Part shown: in pieces, positions 16,434-20,000 of the stretch
How the letters are laid out: each line of letters opens with the position of its first letter
Position numbering within the stretch: the stretch's first letter is position 1
Virus record (IMG/VR): IMGVR_UViG_3300038321_000417
From: an uncultured virus (IMG/VR IMGVR_UViG_3300038321_000417)
Taxonomy: Duplodnaviria; Heunggongvirae; Uroviricota; Caudoviricetes
Reading direction: 5' to 3' (one strand)
Length of the DNA: 20,000 bases
Program-made: the position numbers and the translations under genes
Notes under the pieces: model-generated
Told to the model about the DNA's origin: nothing
Seen by the model: only the letters and a program-made list of their open reading frames with translations
The model's database searches: none

Positions 16434-17435
16434 TTACTCGTCACCAGAGTTCAATTCTGATTGTGCTTCGTCAATAGTGTACTTTAGTATGTAAGCTTTA
16501 GCCCTCTCCGATGTGGATGCTGCTTTTATTAACATGTCTGGATTTTCTTCTAACGCTCTTTTCCACTCCTGAATGTAAGCAACGCTATTATCTACAACAC
16601 TAGGTTGGTACGCATATATCCCTGTTTCTGCACATAACATTGACGCTCCAAAGTTCGCCACAAGTTCTTCAAATGAAAAAGCACCATAACTCCTGTCATT
16701 AGGTGTGACATTCCTTGTAACCCTACCTTTTTTACATGTAGAATGGATTAACTCATGAAATAAGGTAGAATAATAAGATTCAACACTGTTAAACTTATTT
16801 TCATCAGGCATATTAATTATGTCTAACTTGTCATTGTAATACGGATCTGTACTTCCGTGCTGTACTGTAATATCTTCCATTTCACAATAATTCCCTGCAA
16901 CGTCTTGAGGTAATCCTAAAGGTGAAAACTCTATGTCCCCTGATTCGAGCCTTGTTTTCACAGGATTCCCATCCTTGTCAATCATATACTTTACATTAAA
17001 TACAGTGTAATACCTTACTGTTCCGTATGTTTTAAAAAGTTGACCGTCAGGTTTTCTTTTTAACACCCTGTGATCTATAGCATATTTAATTAAGTCATTC
17101 CTACTTTGATTGCCTATTAATGATTTTACATAGTCAAGAATAGTTTCCATACCCGCTTGACTTACAGGGTAATCCTTATCAATTTTACGTATTATAATTT
17201 CAGATGGGGTGTTTTTTGGGATATTAAACTTAAATCCCAACGCCTGTTTAAATGTTAAATACTCTCCCTCAGGTATTAAAAACCTATTAATCCCTGTGTA
17301 CTCTTTACATGACTTCCAGTTAATTGCCACTGTGCTACTCCAAGGTCTTAACCAAGGTAGTCTTTGTTCTTCAACTGCCCTTGTCATTATTCTGTCAACT
17401 ACTATTTCGCCAACCGTTTTCTTTTCATTTCCCAT
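16434..17435 (-). CDS. ardC: ArdC-like antirestriction protein (ssDNA-binding N-domain + zincin-like metallopeptidase)
   Basis: LPWLRPW, Y.GINRFL, YLTFKQA, YYTVFN, YYSTLFHELIHST, EELVANFGASMLC, NSVAYIQEW, AAS.SE.A..YIL. Confidence 0.9.
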   Translation of the reverse strand: MGNEKKTVGEIVVDRIMTRAVEEQRLPWLRPWSSTVAINWKSCKEYTGINRFLIPEGEYLTFKQALGFKFNIPKNTPSEIIIRKIDKDYPVSQAGMETILDYVKSLIGNQSRNDLIKYAIDHRVLKRKPDGQLFKTYGTVRYYTVFNVKYMIDKDGNPVKTRLESGDIEFSPLGLPQDVAGNYCEMEDITVQHGSTDPYYNDKLDIINMPDENKFNSVESYYSTLFHELIHSTCKKGRVTRNVTPNDRSYGAFSFEELVANFGASMLCAETGIYAYQPSVVDNSVAYIQEWKRALEENPDMLIKAASTSERAKAYILKYTIDEAQSELNSGDE

Positions 17436-17530
17436 GTTAAATGCCCCCTTGTTCTTCGCCTGTTTAAATTTTAAAACCTACTATATATAAAAAATTGTCT
17501 TTAGTTGTGTTGCAGTAGAAAAATAAACAT

Positions 17531-17566
17531 AAAAAAATAGATGTCGGAGGGCAAATCCAACATCTA
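17531..17566 (-). terminator. Rho-independent terminator
   Basis: Minus strand TAGATGTTGGA-TTTGCCC-TCCGACATCTA-TTTTTTT (11-bp stem, one G.U pair). Confidence 0.85.
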
Positions 17567-17626
17567 CTTTACGGTTGTGAGAGTAAACTTAACTCATAAA
17601 CAGACAATCACAAGCATTTAACTCGC
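17531..17626 (-). ncRNA. Candidate ~95-nt small RNA or attenuated leader upstream of ardC
   Basis: Bounded by a consensus promoter and a strong terminator; internal stems TTGTGA/TCACAA and GAGT/ACTC. Confidence 0.5.
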
Positions 17627-17632
17627 ACCTTT

Positions 17633-17661
17633 ATTATAGCATATTTCCTGCAATTTGACAA
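17633..17661 (-). promoter_or_regulatory. SigA-type promoter
   Basis: Minus strand TTGTCA-N17-TATAAT with TG extended -10. Confidence 0.8.
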
Positions 17662-17791
17662 GATGCAAGTCACTAAAATTTTTCTACTGTACAAAATATT
17701 ATTACTAGGTACTATAACTTGTCATACAACTGAAACATACGATATTGCCTGTGTGTCCACAACCCAAAGTATAAACTATCCCGAGTTTATT

Positions 17792-17902
17792 TTAAATCAC
17801 CCTTAAAAAACATATACGACCTTTTACTTGTTCTATGACCTTAAAGTCCTTTTTATTTGATTCGTTCACTAAATTTTCTCTTGTTAACTGTTTCTGTAGC
17901 AT
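17792..17902 (-). CDS. Possible 36-aa small protein
   Basis: MLQKQLTRENLVNESNKKDFKVIEQVKGRICFLRVI* with AAAGGGA SD 6 nt upstream. Confidence 0.3.
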   Translation of the reverse strand: MLQKQLTRENLVNESNKKDFKVIEQVKGRICFLRVI

Positions 17903-17967
17903 ACCTAATCCCTTTATAGTATACCTATAATACATCTTCTCAGCCACGTAAATTGTCGGGATTTTTA

Positions 17968-18711
17968 CTAAAAAATGTCCATAGCGATGGTTTTTTGACT
18001 ATTTATTAATATGCTCTTAAAGAATTTTATATGAATGTTGGATGCATCCCATATACCAAAATGCAATCCTTTATACAGAGTTATTCTTTTTAACGGGGTA
18101 CTCTTGTGTATTTTATAGATGTCATAATACCCCTCTTCTTTAGTGTTAGCCCAGTACATTAACCCATAAAACCCTTTTACCGACCTCAAATATTGACTAT
18201 CTACAGATAGTACATTCTTGTCAGAATCAGTACTATCACGTCTAAATAAAATAAAATCAGTAGTGTTAATATTTTTCAGAAACTCGTTATGCTCCAGAGT
18301 CTCATTGATTGTGTCAACAAATAAGTACCCTTGATTTCTTTCTATTTTTTCAATATCTAATTCTTCCTCACCATGTACTATCGTCAGTATGGTAGCGTTT
18401 TCAGATACAGTAACATTACCTTTTTCTGTAATTATTACAGAATCACCATGTCCGTAAGCTCTACCCCCTTTTTCAACAAAACAAATACTACTGTCTAATG
18501 CAACAATGGTACTACCCTGTTTTGCAATTCCAATAGACTTGTCCATTAATACCCCTTTACTTTTATCTTTGAAAGTACAAATAGAGTTGCCTTTTACCTT
18601 TATGTTAGCTCCTTTTATAGCTTCAATATCTGAAACACCGCTAACTGTTAAGGTAGAACCAGCAACTCTTGCACAAAGGTCAAAAACTTCAGTCTCTCTA
18701 AAGGATGTCAC
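17968..18711 (-). CDS. Octapeptide-repeat (beta-solenoid-like) protein
   Basis: About 11 consecutive 8-aa units (GSTLTVSG/VSDIEAIK/GANIKVKG/NSICTFKD/KSKGVLMD/KSIGIAKQ/GSTIVALD/SSICFVEK...). Confidence 0.7.
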   Translation of the reverse strand: MTSFRETEVFDLCARVAGSTLTVSGVSDIEAIKGANIKVKGNSICTFKDKSKGVLMDKSIGIAKQGSTIVALDSSICFVEKGGRAYGHGDSVIITEKGNVTVSENATILTIVHGEEELDIEKIERNQGYLFVDTINETLEHNEFLKNINTTDFILFRRDSTDSDKNVLSVDSQYLRSVKGFYGLMYWANTKEEGYYDIYKIHKSTPLKRITLYKGLHFGIWDASNIHIKFFKSILINSQKTIAMDIF

Positions 18712-18749
18712 AAGTATTTTCTTTTCCCTTTTAATGTTAAGCCCCTCTT

Positions 18750-20000
18750 TCAGTCGAATTTAGTTATTTTCATAGGTAATAATACTTCCCCATTAACGTA
18801 ATAAGTAATTTCTTGTCTTAATTCTTCAATAAGGCTTTCGATCATAGTCTCGCTAAACGCTTGCTTTTTATACAAGAATTTAATAGAGTCAAATGCAGTA
18901 TAGTAAATCATTATATCTTTGTCAAATAACCCCGTTAATGAATTCCAACCATACCCCTTTTTCTTTAACGCATTACTTAAATCTTCTATCGCCAATGTAA
19001 GTACATCAGACGTACTTCCTTGTATTTTCCATGAAACTTTTACTTTCTTGTTATTAACATTTCTTGAATTGTCTACATCCCTTATTTCTGTACCGAACAA
19101 AGTATAAACTGACTTCAAGGTTTCATCTGATAATTCGTCCCACAGTGCTTTAACTGTAGCGTTTTCTGCAAATAAGTCGTATATCTTTTCACCAGCCACC
19201 CCTTTGCTTATTTGCTTTATCTTTGCTTTTGAAGCCCCGTATAATGAAGCGTTCCAACAAGCTTTTATTATGTCTCTCTGTTCCGTTGTTACTGTCTGCA
19301 TACCTAATACAGTTTTTGCAACACTGCTATAAAAGTCCGAATCATTGCAAAAGATGCCAAACTCTTTGATGTCAAACACATAAGCCGATATTCGAGGCTC
19401 TATCTGATTGTAGTCTAGTTCATATATACCATATCCATCAGGTGTAAATAAATTCTTATAGGTGTTTATATCGAAACCACTTACACAAGGGCTATTTGTG
19501 TAGGCTCTGTTTGTTATAGCATAAGTGTGTTCTGGATGAACGATACTGTTATTGTCTGCAAGCTCTATTAGTTTACTTAAAGATGAAACTGTCCTATTTG
19601 TAGACGAATACCGTACAATAACCTCGGCAACAGGATCATCCGCAAACCTATTAAATTCCTCTATAAGTTCAGATTTAAATGAATAGTCCATCTGTCTCTT
19701 TCTCGTGTTATACACGTAAAAGTATTTTTTCAACAATTCTTCTGAATAGTTTGAAGTAAAATAACTTTTAACTTGTAACGGTGAATTTGGATTGAGTCCT
19801 GCGTACCCGTAATTAGAAAGTAATTGCCTCATTTCGTCCAACATTCTATTGTTTATCCTAATATGCTCTTTAGCCACTTCCTGATTTACATAAATCCCTC
19901 GATGTGTTACATAGTCATAATACCCCTTTGCTATTTCAAAATCAGGTACATGGAAATAATCATTTTTACTGTTAAATTCCTCTGTGTAAATTGTCTGCAT
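18750..20000 (-). CDS. polA: Divergent family-A DNA polymerase (polymerase domain; 5' end may lie outside window)
   Basis: NPNSPLQV; motif A ELDYNQIEPR; motif B RDIIKACWNASLYG; KIQGSTSD; motif C YTAFDSI. Confidence 0.88.
   Translation of the reverse strand: MQTIYTEEFNSKNDYFHVPDFEIAKGYYDYVTHRGIYVNQEVAKEHIRINNRMLDEMRQLLSNYGYAGLNPNSPLQVKSYFTSNYSEELLKKYFYVYNTRKRQMDYSFKSELIEEFNRFADDPVAEVIVRYSSTNRTVSSLSKLIELADNNSIVHPEHTYAITNRAYTNSPCVSGFDINTYKNLFTPDGYGIYELDYNQIEPRISAYVFDIKEFGIFCNDSDFYSSVAKTVLGMQTVTTEQRDIIKACWNASLYGASKAKIKQISKGVAGEKIYDLFAENATVKALWDELSDETLKSVYTLFGTEIRDVDNSRNVNNKKVKVSWKIQGSTSDVLTLAIEDLSNALKKKGYGWNSLTGLFDKDIMIYYTAFDSIKFLYKKQAFSETMIESLIEELRQEITYYVNGEVLLPMKITKFD

Larger units (their letters stand above)
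1..20000 (-). mobile_element. Segment of a large Clostridia-type phage/prophage or phage-like plasmid/ICE
   Basis: All credible genes are co-directional and tightly packed, and many are short hypotheticals. Divergent PolA, ArdC and Zn-ribbon proteins are present and no housekeeping operon is. Firmicutes SD motifs (AGGAG/GAGGTG/AGGGG). No structural genes in the window. Confidence 0.7.

Noticed and set aside
2496..19107. All plus-strand ORFs in the track (e.g. 2496..2903, 8853..9182, 10641..11138, 11172..11636, 13324..13680, 17209..17490)
   Set aside because: They are antisense shadows of well-supported minus-strand genes, with Ser/Phe/Leu-rich composition and no motifs.
1..20000. CRISPR array, tRNA or rRNA genes
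   Set aside because: No regularly spaced repeats or cloverleaf/T-loop signatures were found in any intergenic region.

Overview
AT-rich window in which every credible gene lies on the minus strand, densely packed, mostly small hypothetical proteins with Firmicutes-type Shine-Dalgarno (SD) sites. It most likely belongs to a large Clostridia-infecting phage or prophage, or a phage-like plasmid/ICE; no virion structural genes are visible, so this is inferred. In transcription order (right to left): a highly divergent family-A DNA polymerase, an octapeptide-repeat protein, a promoter/terminator-bounded ~95-nt candidate small RNA, an ArdC-like antirestriction protein, two papain-fold paralogues with Ser/Lys/Asp at the catalytic positions, DivIVA-like, SLH-domain and methyl-accepting chemotaxis proteins, two tandem sigma70-region-4 / coiled-coil / RNA-polymerase-alpha-CTD fusion proteins, an ATP-grasp-like gene near a third papain-fold paralogue with an intact Cys-His-Asp triad, small membrane proteins, two apparently orphan toxin-antitoxin components, a SEC-C/YkgJ protein, and an IS607-family element (tnpA plus tnpB, truncated by the window edge). 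Family assignments come from motif recognition by eye, not database searches.
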